Under the pieces are notes generated by a model. That model was not told where the DNA came from. It did not search any database and saw only the letters and a program-made list of their open reading frames with translations. A DNA stretch of 64,000 bases from Anthoceros angustus. Lineage: Eukaryota > Plantae > Anthocerotophyta. A program made the translations under genes and the position numbers. This document shows positions 37,700-50,677 of this stretch, in pieces (the stretch's first letter is position 1; every line of letters starts with the position of its first letter). The stretch spans positions 558,001 through 622,000 of the forward strand of contig MU008177.1 of the NCBI GenBank assembly GCA_010909165.1. The letters run 5' to 3'.

Positions 37700-38895
37700 A
37701 CTATATTAACATTGAATAATGTTTAGGCTCATAGGTGGGTATTTAAACAATTACGAAGGGTTGTGTCCTTTTGCTAGCCTGCAAGTTAACTAACTACAAT
37801 AATAGCCTATGCCTAGTTGACTTAACCAACATGGTCTGCTTATTTCTAACTCTCCCTCTCATACACGTTGTGTAATCTGAGAGCTCCATATTTAACCAAA
37901 AGGAAATTACTCAAGTTGCAAAAAGCACTGCGTCTTACTATCAACTCTGGCTCGTCTTCCGCAACTCCCAATCGATCTTCTACGCTGAGTCTAAGAAGAC
38001 ACACAGGAACTCACAGAGGAGATCACCGGTTGTGATAAGAGCCGAAGCAAGCCTTTCGACAGTAGTTCTGCAACGCAAATGATGGAACATACAAATGACC
38101 TCACCAAATGAGAGATTTATCTAGCGTCATGTAGCTACTACAATCTACCAGTCCAAGCCTATCTCTATGAAGACGGTGTTTAAACTTAGACAGGGACTTT
38201 GTCAGCACATCTGCTGTGTTCAAGTCAGTAGAGACATACTCAACCTTGACTAAACCTCTCTCTGTTGCATCACGAATGTAGTGATGCTGAATCTCTATAT
38301 GCTTCGTGCGAACATGAAAGACAAGATTAGCCACCAGAGCAATAGCTGACATATTATCATAGTTAAGTATTGTTGGCCCTTTCTTTTGCACACCCAAGTC
38401 TTCACATAACCTCCGCTCCCACTCAGCCTCCTTGGTGGCTTCTGTAAGAGATTTGTATTCAGACTATGTCGAAGATAGTGAAATGACCGCTTGCTTTCGG
38501 CAAGACCAATTCACAACTACCGAGCCTGCTAGGAAGCAATATGCTGAAATACTTCAACGAGTGTCGGCGTCGGAAGCCCAATTTGTATCAACATAATATG
38601 TTAGCAGAAGGTGCGTTTTCCCATTGGGTTTATAGTAGAGACCATAGTTCTGTATACCCTTTAGATAACGCATGATGCGTTTTAGAGCAACTCAGTGACT
38701 CCATATAGATCTCCTGAAAATGACCATGAAGGAAAGCTGTACACACGTCAAACTGATAGATCTCCAAGTTGAGTTCTACAAAGAACGCAAGGAGCATCCT
38801 AACTGAAACAGCCTTGACTATGGGTGAGTAAACCTTGTCGCCTTGGTAGTCCACTCCCTCTTTCTGACTATAACCCTTAGCAACTAATTTTGCCT
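37700..38895 (-). mobile_element. Degenerate Ty1/copia 3' end (RT, RNase H, PPT, LTR remnant)
   Basis: DYQ...YSPIVKAVSVRMLLA...YQFDVCTAFLHG (RT); DNMSAIAL..N.VFHVRTKHIEIQHHYIRD...NTADVLTKSL (RNase H); minus-strand PPT gagagggagag at about 37850-37860. Confidence 0.85.
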
Positions 38896-38928
38896 AATAG
38901 CAAATCTTAAGCTCAACCTCCTGAAACT

Positions 38929-39230
38929 TTGTCCAAGGCAAATAAGTTGACGGAGAAGACAAATGGGCTCATCTACCGGATCCTAAATAAACTAACAGTA
39001 AACTATGCCCATGACTGGGATACCAAGCTGCCATCAGCGTTGTGGGCGTTCAGGACAGTGGAAAAGGTGACCACCCAAAGGACCCCCTATTACCTCACCT
39101 ATGGACACTCCCCCGTTATGCTGGTCGAGTTTGAAGTACCCACCTTTTGGGTCATGATGGAAGGGCGTTTAACGGAGGAGGAAAGTCAATTGGAGCGCCT
39201 CCTAGGGTTTGTTCAACACACGGAGGACCG
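38929..39230 (+). mobile_element. Ty3/gypsy integrase core fragment
   Basis: EKTNGLIYRILNK...HDWDTKLPSALWAFRT...TQRTPYYLTYG.SPVMLVEFEVPT. Confidence 0.85.
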
Positions 39231-40364
39231 GGAAGAGGAAAATGCCCTTTCAAGATATCACACACATTTCCTTCCTATGCTAGATGCGCTAGAGATGACT
39301 ATCTGCAACGGAATATGCAAATTTCTTGATAGCACACAGTTCCTCTTTGCTCAGGAAGTCAATAAAAGGATGAAAGGGGGAACTTGACTAGGCAGATTTC
39401 GATGTCATGATGAAAAATAACACCAATGACCTATCGATCTCTACATCAGATCTTGGACTTCAAGATTGGCCACTCCCTAGAGGGCTTTGATCACTACCTC
39501 CTCTCCAGGATAGATGCTAGGGAACTCCGAGTGTGCTTGCGTATCGCAATCAAGAAATGTAACCATCGGGGCAACACCCTTGCCAAGTACGCAGACCTCT
39601 CATTATGGCACAATGCTGAGTATAATTGTGCACCAATTAAAAAGTCTTCGAGAAGATGAGATCCATATTTTGTAGGCAATAGAAAAACGCACCTAATTCC
39701 TCCTTGGAATAGATGTTTACATCAAGTTGGATTGTTTAACTTAATTTAGAGAACAGAATTATCTATTACTTAATGTCTTAGAATTAAGTTTTAAGTTTGC
39801 GATTAGAAAACATTCAAACTTCTCATGACACTAGAAAGTAAAAGGCACTCAAATTTCTCATGACACTAGAAAGTGAAAAGCCAAATCAAGAGACAGAAGT
39901 CCGAAGTAGATCAAGCGACTAGACTCAAGGACTAGACGATACAAGTTAGCCAATATGCCTCTTCACTCCGACCCCCGGGTCCCCATTTGTTGTCCCCTCA
40001 TAGATGGTCTCTTTCCATCGTTCTTTCACCTCAATAAATCATCCTTTTCATATGCCTAAATAGAGTGTGCTACATCGCATTGGGTGCTTTGCTAATATAT
40101 ATATGTGTCATGCTCCGGCTATGAGTTTTAAAGTGTGCTATTAAGAAGGGGTCTGGTATTTGAAAAGATCTTCATCTGTTTTAAGATGTACCCAACACTT
40201 TGAGGAGGAAAGGAGCAAAAAGTATCTTTCAAAAATCTCTTATTCCGATAATAGAGACCTAGTCCTACAACAATAGGAAGACGTATGTACTCGGGAGCCT
40301 CCGTGCTAAACTCGTAGGAATTCGGTTCTGGAGGATTTTAAATATAATTTAAATTGATTATATA

Positions 40365-40434
40365 CATTCCAGACTAATTTTATTTTAAAATTTATATTTT
40401 GATATAAATTTTAAAATAAAATTAGTCTGGAATG
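40365..40434. repeat. Perfect AT-rich inverted repeat with 33-bp arms and a 4-nt loop
   Basis: cattccagactaattttattttaaaatttatat-tttg-atataaattttaaaataaaattagtctggaatg. Confidence 0.95.
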
Positions 40435-41064
40435 GAATTGGGTGGTTGCTTAGTGAATTAGACGAAGGCAGGGATAAAAGAGGGACGGGGTAAAAATCGC
40501 ATGAATGATAGCTTGAAATCGAGCTAAGGGAGGGTGGGAGCTCTACATATGTATGTGTACAGGAATGGGGATTATAGCCCGCCCCTTCTAATCCGAAACA
40601 TAACCCGGGCGCCCGTCCACATAAAGCTGTTTGTCGTTCACGTCTGGATGTAAAGGTGGAGTCTATAGATGTAACCTCCCAGGCAGACGAGGCGCTGTTC
40701 CCCCTTCTGAACTCTGTGCACGCAGTCTTTGAGGCAACAGAGTTGCCGCTTCCCCGGCTGCCTTGCCTTGCCGTGCCTGAATGTGCCGGTTATACAGGCC
40801 TGGCGCTTGACAGCCTCCCAGGAGCTGGGCTTGGACGCTTGCCAGCTTTCTCAAGGCTTTTCCCTGCCCGCAAGCTGCGAGTCGAGTCAAGAGCGTGCTC
40901 GTGCATTGCCACCGCACAACACAGTGCTTCCTGACGGCCCAATTGCCTCAACATCAGACGACTTAATGGGCTAATGCCATTGAACGTAAGGCTTTTGCTG
41001 TCAGTTGTCACCAATTTTTTGAATCCTGCACGTCATATCTAGCGGCAGCTCAAAGACGCAGCTC

Positions 41065-44000
41065 ATGGACACCAATTCTGATCATGCTGGTCCAAAGAAA
41101 TTTCGAAGGTTGCGTCGTGTCAGTGAGAACCGCAGATCTGACGAAGAAATGGTTCCACCTGAAGGTCAAGCGGAGGGAGATGTGTTAGACAAAGGTGGTG
41201 GAACATCTGAGGCGGTCTCAGCAGGTTCTCAGCCCCCAGTGAAAGATAGTAAGAATGAAGAGGAGCCCAAGGTGCCCTTGCCCGCGGGCGACGCAGTCGC
41301 AGGGGAAAAAAGGAGCAGACCAGCAGGCTTTGGAGTCGCCAGTGCCCTCCAGGCCAGGAAGGTGAGGGCAACAGCCAAGGGAGTGCTGCTGTCTGAAACG
41401 CCGCCAAAGCGCTGTAGGACCCAAGAGCCCAAGGTGACAGAGTCAGGGAGTGACATTTCCGACACAGTGAGTGGCCAAAGGAGCAACACCTCTAGGGCGC
41501 AGGGCCAGCCACAGGCAGTAACTGCAAAGCAACGGCCGTCCAGGAGGCCTGCGGTGGCTAAAAAGCTGCCTCTTGTTTCGTACACTGCTCCTGATAGTTC
41601 GGTTGAACGCCTCCATCGGGAGGCAACGAGCAGCCAACTGTGGGAAACTCCTGGTGTGTTGCTGGGGACGAGCTTGCCTCCTATTCTTGGATTTCGAATT
41701 CAGTACCTAGTGTTGTCTCCTGGTTTTATTCTGACTCACGCCTTGTTTTCGCTCATGTTAAGGGTGTGTGTTGTGGCCCATGCAGGTGAATCGGAGCTGA
41801 AAAAGGTTCCCAACAGCTTCGATTCGGTGAAAGAGTATATTGAAGTGTTCGAACCATTGCTTTTTGAGGAATGTCGAGCACAGCTGCGTAGCGTCTTCGA
41901 GGAATTGTGTGATTTCAATGGCAAGGATCCCCACATTCGTGTGGTCATCAAGACTGTCAGCCAACGTGAACGGGGTACATCTCTTGATTACTAAATTCTG
42001 TTCATAATCTCCTGTGTTCTGTGCAACTCTTTTGCCGTTCTGCCGTGTGAGTCGTTATCTTTTTCCTAGAAAGGAACTTTTCTTTCCCCAGGTCTGCCAC
42101 GGTTCTCATTCTGCATTGCTTGATGAGTGGCAGGTTGGTATGATGTGACTGTGCTGCCAGTAGATTATGGTGCCAGGCAGCAGCTTGTCTTCAAGGAGGG
42201 CGACATTGCTGTCATTTCTACGCCTAGACCTGGTTCAGGTAGACTCAACTATTTCCATCTATGATGTGATAATAGTTTTCTGTTGAGAGAAAAATGTTGA
42301 TATATGCTTGACCTTTTTGTCGTGTACATTTTCCTTGGTAAGTCATTTCTTTGTTGCTTTGAACAGGGTCCCGGCGACGGGGTCGGCTCAGGGAAGGTGA
42401 AGCCAACAATGTTGAAGCATGTAGAGTGTCTGGAACTGTTCGTAAGTTTGTTCCTGTTGATACGCGGGAACCTCTGGGAGCTATTGTACACTTTTATTCA
42501 AATAATGAGGCACATCTGGGAAGGTACGCAGCTTTCAGAAAATCCACTTTTCCTTGTCGGTTGGCCTGGCTATTCAGTTCAGAGCTCAATGAACCAGGAT
42601 TTACATTTTGGTGTTGCATCTGCAGCTGAGTGCTTACCTTTCATGCTGTTGGCTGTAGTGTTTTGAGGCAACTCCAACAGTCTGACGAGGGCTGGTACTT
42701 GACTCTGCTTGGATCCTTGACAACCACACAAAGGGAGTATACGGCTCTGCACAGAGTTCAGGATCTCCACTCATTGGTCAAGTTTCTTCCTCGCTAACGA
42801 TAGTCTTTTTGGCAATTATATACTGTCCGTTTTGCTTGTTATGTGTTGATCTCGCCTTGCGCATGGGTGTGTTCTGAATACTGACAATCTCATTTCTTGT
42901 TTGCAGATGGTTGAGGCTATCTTGCGGCCTCGCCCTGAGCTTTTCCCGTCACATAATCAACAGAGACCCCCAGCCATGCCAGACTGTTTTACTCCTGCTT
43001 TTTTGCAGCATTTGCAGAACCAGTTCAATGGTCCTCAGCTTGAGGCTATTCAATGGGCCGCAGCTCATACTGCAGCTGGTTTTACTGGGACAGCCAGTAA
43101 TACGGCAAAGCAGGAACCTTGGCCTTTCACTTTGGTTCAGGGCCCACCAGGTACAGGGAAGACACATACCGTTTGGGGAATGCTAAATGTCATTCACCTG
43201 GTGCAGTATCAACGTTATTATGCTGCTCTTGTGCAAAGGCTAGCCCCAGGCAGTGTAATTGCATCTCAGGAACCTTCAACAAGCAATGCAGCTATACGGG
43301 ATTGTGTTTCAGGTTCCATTGAAGAAGTACTCCAAAAGATGGACAAGAGCCTATCTCAAAGTTCTGTAAAGCTTTGTCCCAAACCTCGAATGCTTGTTTG
43401 TGCTCCGTCAAATGCTGCAACAGATGAGCTTCTGTCCCGTGTGCATGATAGAGGATTTATGGATGGGGAGATGAGAATTTATCGACCTGATGTTGCACGC
43501 GTGGGAAGTGATTCCCAGTCACAGGCAGCACAAGCTGTGTCTGTGGAACGACGGACTGAGCACCTTCTCAACAGGAGCCGAGAGGATGTAGTAGGTTGGT
43601 TGCATCAATTGAGAATTAAGGAAATGAGTGTGGCACAGTACATTTCCGGGCTGAAAAGGGATCTTCTTGATATAGTGAAATCTCTGCGTGGACCTGCTAC
43701 AATTGGCATGGATCCAGAAATTCTGGCAGCCAGGGATCAAGCCCGGAATGCACAGACTGCCAAGCTTCAACAACTGGCTGCAGCACTGGAGGAACATGAC
43801 AAAGTTGTCATCGAAACATCACGACTGCAGATTGTAGAAGGCCAACTTCGAGGCGAATCTAAAGACGATGCACGCCGAAAGCTGGAGGCGAGCTTTGCAA
43901 ATGAGGCAGAAATAGTGTTTACAACTGTATCCAGCACTGGACGCCGCCTATTTTCTGAGCTAACACATGGATTTGACATGATTGTTATTGATGAAGCTGC

Positions 44001-45279
44001 ACAGGCAAGTGAAGTTGCTGTGCTGCCACCCCTTACCTTACGCTCTTCTAGGTGTGTGCTTGTTGGTGATCCCCAACAGTTGCCAGCTACGGTCATTAGT
44101 CATGTTGCAAACAACATGCAGTATAGCCGTAGCTTATTTGAACGGTTTCAGAAAGCTGGCTGCCCTGCAACTGTTTTAACTGTGCAGTATCGGATGCACC
44201 CTGAGATTAGGGAGTTCCCATCAGAGCATTTCTACGGAGGTTGTTTGACAGACAGTGACAGCATCAGGGCCTCGCCATCTGAGGTTTATCATTCTGACCC
44301 TTTGCTGAGACCGTATCTGTTCTTCGACATCAACACTGGACGTGAATCCCATGGAGGATCAGTTTCTTATCAGAATACTCTTGAGGCTCAAGTTGTTGTC
44401 CGCCTGTATAATCATCTGCAGCAAGTCCTGAAAATTGCTGGCGTTCCTGAGTCTGCTGTATCCGTAGGCATTATAACACCTTACAAGCAACAGCTGTCTT
44501 GTCTTCAAAAGGAGTTTCAGTCTGTTGTTGGGACACCCGCCAAAAACAAGGGGGTCTACATCAACACAGTGGATGCATTTCAAGGTCAGGAGAGGGATGT
44601 GATCATAATGTCTTGTGTAAGGGCATCTAGCCATGGTGTAGGTTTTGTTGCAGATATAAGACGAATGAATGTGGCTCTCACGCGTGCGCGACGTTCACTT
44701 CTGGTACTACGCCTTTCCTGTTGCCTTGTGCCATTGGGTTTTGTTCTTGTTTCTGCACATGGATGGTGATAAAGATATGATGCTGCTTTCGACATTCGTC
44801 ACCAGTCATGTTGAAGAACTGTGTGAATTCATCCCCCCTGTTGATTGACGTTCACGTGGAATAATCGTGTTGTAAATTATGTTCTGTAATGCAGGAGTTA
44901 CCTGCTGTATTATCTGTAACTCAGAAGGGTATGCCTTGCACTCATCTATACTGCGCTGTGATTCCTTCTGTGTCAGGTTATTGGTAATGCGAATGCACTC
45001 TCACAGTCCGAGGACTGGACTGCACTCATTGAGAATTCCAGATCAAGAGGCTGTTTCATACCTGCTGATTTTTCAGAGATGAATGGTCTTCTTCCTGAGA
45101 GCCAAGTTGGTGGCAGTGGAATCCAAGGCGGTGTTGGACCTCCGGGATATCGTAGGGCATCTGTTCATCCAATGGCGAATGCTAGGTGGGAGACTCAACC
45201 TGGTGGACCTCATGGTACACACACTGATTTCTCGAGTAACCTGGCGGGACCGTCCAGAAGAGGCCGACCGTACAGATGA
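41065..45279 (+). CDS. Sen1/Upf1-family (DNA2/NAM7, MAA3-like) SF1 helicase, multi-exon
   Basis: VPNSFDSVKEYIEVFEPLLFEECRAQL; Walker A LVQGPPGTGKT; LVCAPSNAATDE; VIDEAAQ; LVGDPQQLPAT; QYRMHP; NTVDAFQGQERD; RRMNVALTRAR. Last exon VIGNANALSQSEDW...RPYR-TGA. Confidence 0.93.
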
Positions 45280-48200
45280 GCATTCGTAGCCTAACTTGGT
45301 CCTCACGGCCCATCAAATGTAGCGAGAGGTACTTGAGGGAAACTTGCGCACTGGTTGGTTGCACAGACTCGTGTGTATGGAGTCGTTGTGTAGCAGAGAA
45401 AATCGGGTGCTGGGTCATTCTTCTCGCAGCATTGATGATAAATGGAGGTGCCTGCTTCAGAGAAAGTGAAACTAGCAGCTGCGCTGCCACAACGCTAGTG
45501 ACAGAATTTTTCGGGGTAATTCACCACCCTTGGAGACCAAATGGGAGGTCTACTTATAGTGGTTCTGACCTGTAGCTGCTGATTACCCGGTCTATTTGAT
45601 TAGCTTCTGAGGATGACTTAAGGTTCTCCTGCGTTTCTCACTTTCACCTGGAGGCCAGCTAAGCTTTGCGCCCCTCTCCTGTTCTTCCATGCCTTTCAGA
45701 TTTTCTGGACTTGGGCTTTCTTCAAGAGCAATTGGAGGCTGAGCATTGAAAATCTCACGGAGGCAACCAACCACACACAGCAAAGTGGAGGTACCTTCTC
45801 AGCTGAGTAGGGTATTTAAGGAGCGATACCTTCTTTCAGGATTAAGGAGAATTGGCCTGGTTGAAGTGCATGCTCTCTTAGTTCTTTCCGGATCCACCCG
45901 GCTGGAAAGCCTTGGTGAAGCCATCAAATTCCTAAAGGGCCGCCATGGCTGAGTTTTGTTTTCTTTTAAGTTCACAGCCTCCATCGTGGAGGTTTATGTC
46001 TGATGAGCTACACTCGCAACTGGAAGATCAGCCTTAGCCCCCATGTGCGTTGCGAAGACGAGTCTTTTGGGCAAAGGTCAGTGTTTGTCTGCCGGTGGTC
46101 AGGTCAAAGATGAGGCTGGGAAACAGTTGCACAGCTGCTCACTGTTTTGATGCTGACCACAGAACTGTCCTTTGCTAGCTGATGTGAATATGGATAGGCT
46201 ACTGGTATATTACTTACGGTTACGACGTTGTTGTTCAGTGTGCCGGTGCTACCCTGGATTCTCCTCAAGAATTTCAAGGTTCAGGCTTACCTCTTGGGTT
46301 GAGCGCCACCGAGTTGCTTGGCTTGCATGGGCATGACCCGCAGCTTTCCGCTAAAACGTCCGCAATTGTAGTTGCCTCACGCAAACTTGAGCAACCCCCT
46401 ATCTCTGTCCTCTGGCTACACTCCCAGGCAGCCTAGTCCCGGCTACCAGTTGGCCACCTCTGCGAGCCGCCACTCCCTTCTAAGATCCAGCGACATTATG
46501 GAGATGACAATGTGCCATAATGCACCAGGTTGAATCTCCTGTCTTGCTCACTTCATTGGAACAGGTGCCCCGTGATATCCTAAATGAACAACTCCGTCTT
46601 GAGTTCCATTGCCGATGGCTTGGCGATGAGGAGGCTGAACATGAAAGGCAGCAGCAAAGTAGGGGGAGTCCCCTCAAGAAGGCTCTGTGAGTATAACCCA
46701 GTTATTCCATCATCCGAACACCTTCACATTTCCAATAACCTGACGTAGAAGGAACCATGTTGCAAGCAACCGTCATGCATGCACACTTTGAAGAATTTCA
46801 CAACTTGGAGAACGCGGTGAGAATGATCAGGCTTGGCAATAGGATGGAGGAAATCTCTTCAGCAACATGATACGAACTATGCTGTCCAAGCAACAATTCA
46901 AATACGAACACTATTAGCACAAGCAGACGGAAAAACCCAGAGCACCCAGACTGACCTTCCAGGGAGGGTGAGATACTGATTCCTTAGTCCTAAGTCTAAA
47001 CAGATCACATACATCTCGGACCCTGCAATGCATCACCGTACCCACTCTGCAACTTGCATCGTTCACTACAACAGACAACTAGGTTGCTTGTGCGGAATGA
47101 TCCACACAAATCAGGTAGACAAGGAACATCCTGCAAATGAAGGTACTGGTGCCTCATGGTTGACATTCCTAGTTGATGTAAAAGAGCAGATATGATCTCT
47201 CTGGTGCACTTGGAGTTTAATGCATCACAGGGTGATCTCTGGATCCACACCAGCTCCATGGATGAATCACTGAGACTCTTCGTCAGCTCACTGGGTGCTG
47301 TGCCAGCTACCCTTTCATTTTCAACTGTCGCAACCAAGCTACTACTCCGTAGATCAGGATGGTCACTCACTGGCGCCTGCTGCCCAGATCAAGGCTGTCT
47401 CCCCTTGCATAAGCCTGTATAGCTGCAATAAACACATGGACCTCTGTCTTCCCACTGCCTGAACTGGCCTAATATCTGCAGACATAATGTGCTTAGATGT
47501 CAATACGGGGGTATGATCAGATACGTTCCTGGGCAACCACATGAAGCCATGTGCCTTGGCAATCATGGAGAGTCCAGACATCGTAAACCCTCTTGCACCC
47601 GCCATGACAACCGCACATGTGGTTGCACAGGGAGGTATCCAATCACACCCCATGCTGACGGTGGGAGTATGTCGACATCGTTCACCTACTCCACTTCCAC
47701 AACACAAGCCCTGGCTCGCCAACTGAGCTACACAGATATATAGTCTGCTCACCTTGTCCGTGCCTACAATGGGCTTGTATGTCCATACGGGGTACGAGCG
47801 GACACGTTCCTGTGCAACCATATGAAAGCATAAACAATCATGGCGCTGCACAAGCAGGCATCTGCTCATACCCCATATTGACGATGAGCTTCGACCACGT
47901 CGACCCTTCTAACATGTCTGAAAACAATAAAACCGAGTGACTTTGCTGTAAGAGCATCTGTATCCACCCTGCGAAAGTTTGGAGCAGTCAGTCAGGCAAA
48001 CGGCCAAAGGACGAACTACGTTGGAGGAGGCGGGACTCTTAAGTACATACCATACAACCCTAAAACAAGCCTTCAATGGAGTAGTTTTTCTATTAAGGAA
48101 CGAGGAGATGGGTCCCTTCCGTATGTGCGAATGCGAGCACCTTCACGTACCGTTGGAGTCTACTTCGATGTTCTTTGGTAGATGGGTTTCACCCATCTCC

Positions 48201-48469
48201 TCTTTCCTTAAAGGAACTTTAATTCTTCTAACGGAAAGACCAAACTCGTTTCCTTACCAAATCCTTCATGCCTTCCTCCATCCGTCATGCATCGATTCCT
48301 TTCATTGGCCGTTTTTGGTAGGTAGGGACTAACTTCTAGGCTTAGTTTTATCAAATATTAATTTAATTTTGAATTTAGGTTTATAAGTACCTACAAGTAA
48401 TGCCATCTTTCTAACAAGGTGGGGCAGACATGTTTAGAAGTAACAATACCACAAGACACCAGCAGAAAG

Positions 48470-48570
48470 AGAAGAAGAAGAAGAAGAAGAAGAATTTTAT
48501 TTAAGTCCACTAAGGACGGGAGAAGAAGAAGAAGAAGAAGAAGAATTTTATTTAAGTCCACTAAGGACGG
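48470..48570 (+). repeat. About 50-bp tandem duplication containing an (aga)n microsatellite
   Basis: (aga)n attttatttaagtccactaaggacgg occurs twice. Confidence 0.9.
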
Positions 48571-48879
48571 ATTTCCGTCATGGGACTGAAATATGATAAC
48601 TACATAGATTGCGGTAAATGGGTCTGGATGAATATAAAGGTAAAATTCAAACAAGACAAATAATCTTCAATCAATCAACAGAATCAATGAAATTGCGTGA
48701 ACGAGGGCCAAACACCACCAATTCATCCCCACGAAAGAAAGCCACTTGACCTGCAACACAAGCTGCTCTGAAAGCAGGTAACTTCTCCTTCTTAGTCTTC
48801 CATTGCAATGGTGCAATGGAGCACTAGGCTCATGTTATCATCCTCCCACAGGGTGAGGACAACTGGATAATGTACTGCT

Positions 48880-49929
48880 GGGCACTTGCCTGGTCCACAT
48901 ATATGCAAAATATGGTGGACTGGAAGATGTACGCCAAAGTTTTTGACAACATGAACTCAAAGGGTGTGATGACATGGAATGCACTGTTTGTTGGGTATGC
49001 ACAGTAAAGACTTGGCCTAGAGGTGCTTGTTGTGTATGGACAAATGGAGAGGGCGGGCCTCATTTTGGCTAATCATGTTACTTTTGCTTGCCTACTTAAG
49101 GCATGTGCAAGCACTTGGGCCCTACAGAAGGGCAGATAGCTGCACTCACAGATTGTCGAAAGAGGACTGCTAGATGAGGTACTGGTGGGCACCAGCCTGG
49201 TGAACATGAATGCAAAATGTGGTGAACTGGAAGATGCACCCCAGGTGTTTTATTACTTGGCCACAAAGAATATGGTGACATGGACCGCTCTGATTGCTGG
49301 GTATGCACATCATGTATTGCATGGTATGCATGGTATGTTGTGGGATTGACAATGCCTGCAAAAGTCAAGGGGATCTAGAGAGAGCAATGATTTGTTTTGA
49401 AAGCATTGTTAGGCTGGACCCCCAAGAGTTGGCTGCTTATGTGCTCATGGCCAATGTTTATGCAAATGAAGGTAGGTGGATCTATGTAGACAACATTGAA
49501 ACATAGAGAAGGGCAGCAGGAGCTAACAAGAAGCCTGCATTGGCGACCATTGAGTGAATATGCTTGTACATAGATTACTGGTGGGAAAAACCAAAGATGA
49601 TATATGTTGCATTTAAGGTAGAGGGCACGAATGCACGTGTGAAGCAAGAGGGAGGTCACGAGCCTCACACAAAGTTGAAGCTAGTGTGTGAGAAGGAAAA
49701 GGAAGATCCGCTTTGTGGCCATGCTAAGAAGCTAGCTTTGGCGTTTGGTCTGTTGAACACTCTGAGTGGGACACGTTTGGTGGTAACTAATAATTTACGC
49801 ATGTGCAGTGACTGCCACAATTCCACTGAGATAATGTCAAAGCTTGAACAAAGAGACATTGTTTTAAGGGATGGGTACCACATGCATCAATTTGCAGTTG
49901 GTTGCTGCAGTAGTAAGGGTCGACCATGA
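48880..49929 (+). pseudogene. PLS-PPR-E-DYW:KP (GRP-type) pseudogene, 3' portion
   Basis: Degenerate S/P/L motifs with stops; E2 AAYVLMANVYANEGRW; NKKPALATIE (KP box); LCGHAKKLALAFGLL (catalytic E replaced by K); RMCSDCH; CCSSKGRP-stop. Confidence 0.9.
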
Positions 49930-50677
49930 GAAGAAAAAAAGAAGTAGGTAGTGCCCAGTGGGGGTTGAATGTGCTTGCTCGACTCCATTCCTGTCCAACT
50001 TGAGTCATGGACATGGATGGCTAGCATTGGTTCTAGCACCTCTCATGGCAACACAAAGAATGAGAATCGAGCGGTGCGGGTGCCCAACTCCGAGTTCCAG
50101 CAACCCAATGAGTTGATGGCACTGGACTGCGGATGGGGAAGTTTCCCATCTTTCGAAACTGGAAGGATCTACTAGAGGATGCATGCATATGCCCCACGTT
50201 CCTCCTCCTTGTAGGCTGTGGATGATTCAGCTGTGGTTTTGCTGGAATATTTCCTATACCCCGGGGCCGGCAGGGACCACGGATAGGAGCAAGGCGGCCC
50301 CGCCTGCCCGTCTTGATGCAGCTGTGGCCGGCCACCAACCACGCGTACACTCCCCCAATGCGCTCAACCGCGCGGTTAGCTCCAGCTCACCGCACTCCAC
50401 CCACTTTATGTTTTCTATAGCGAAATAGTTAGATGTTGCACATTTGTTCCACCCTCTGTGAAAAACTGTGAAACATTTGAGAAACTCTATTATGTACGCG
50501 AAATATTTGAGAAATTGAAATAAATATATTTCACCCTTTTTGGTTCTCGAGTTGAATTTTTTGATATTCTGAGTGATTTTCTATATATGTATGCTTCTTC
50601 CAAGCTTCTTAGTCCTCATCTTGAGAGAGAGAGAGGTGAGATTTCTATTGCTGGTATCAAAATCTTCCAATTCAGTC

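Noticed and set aside
45600-47400. Additional gene downstream of the helicase
   Set aside because: Only short ORFs with no recognisable motif, so I could not build a credible model.
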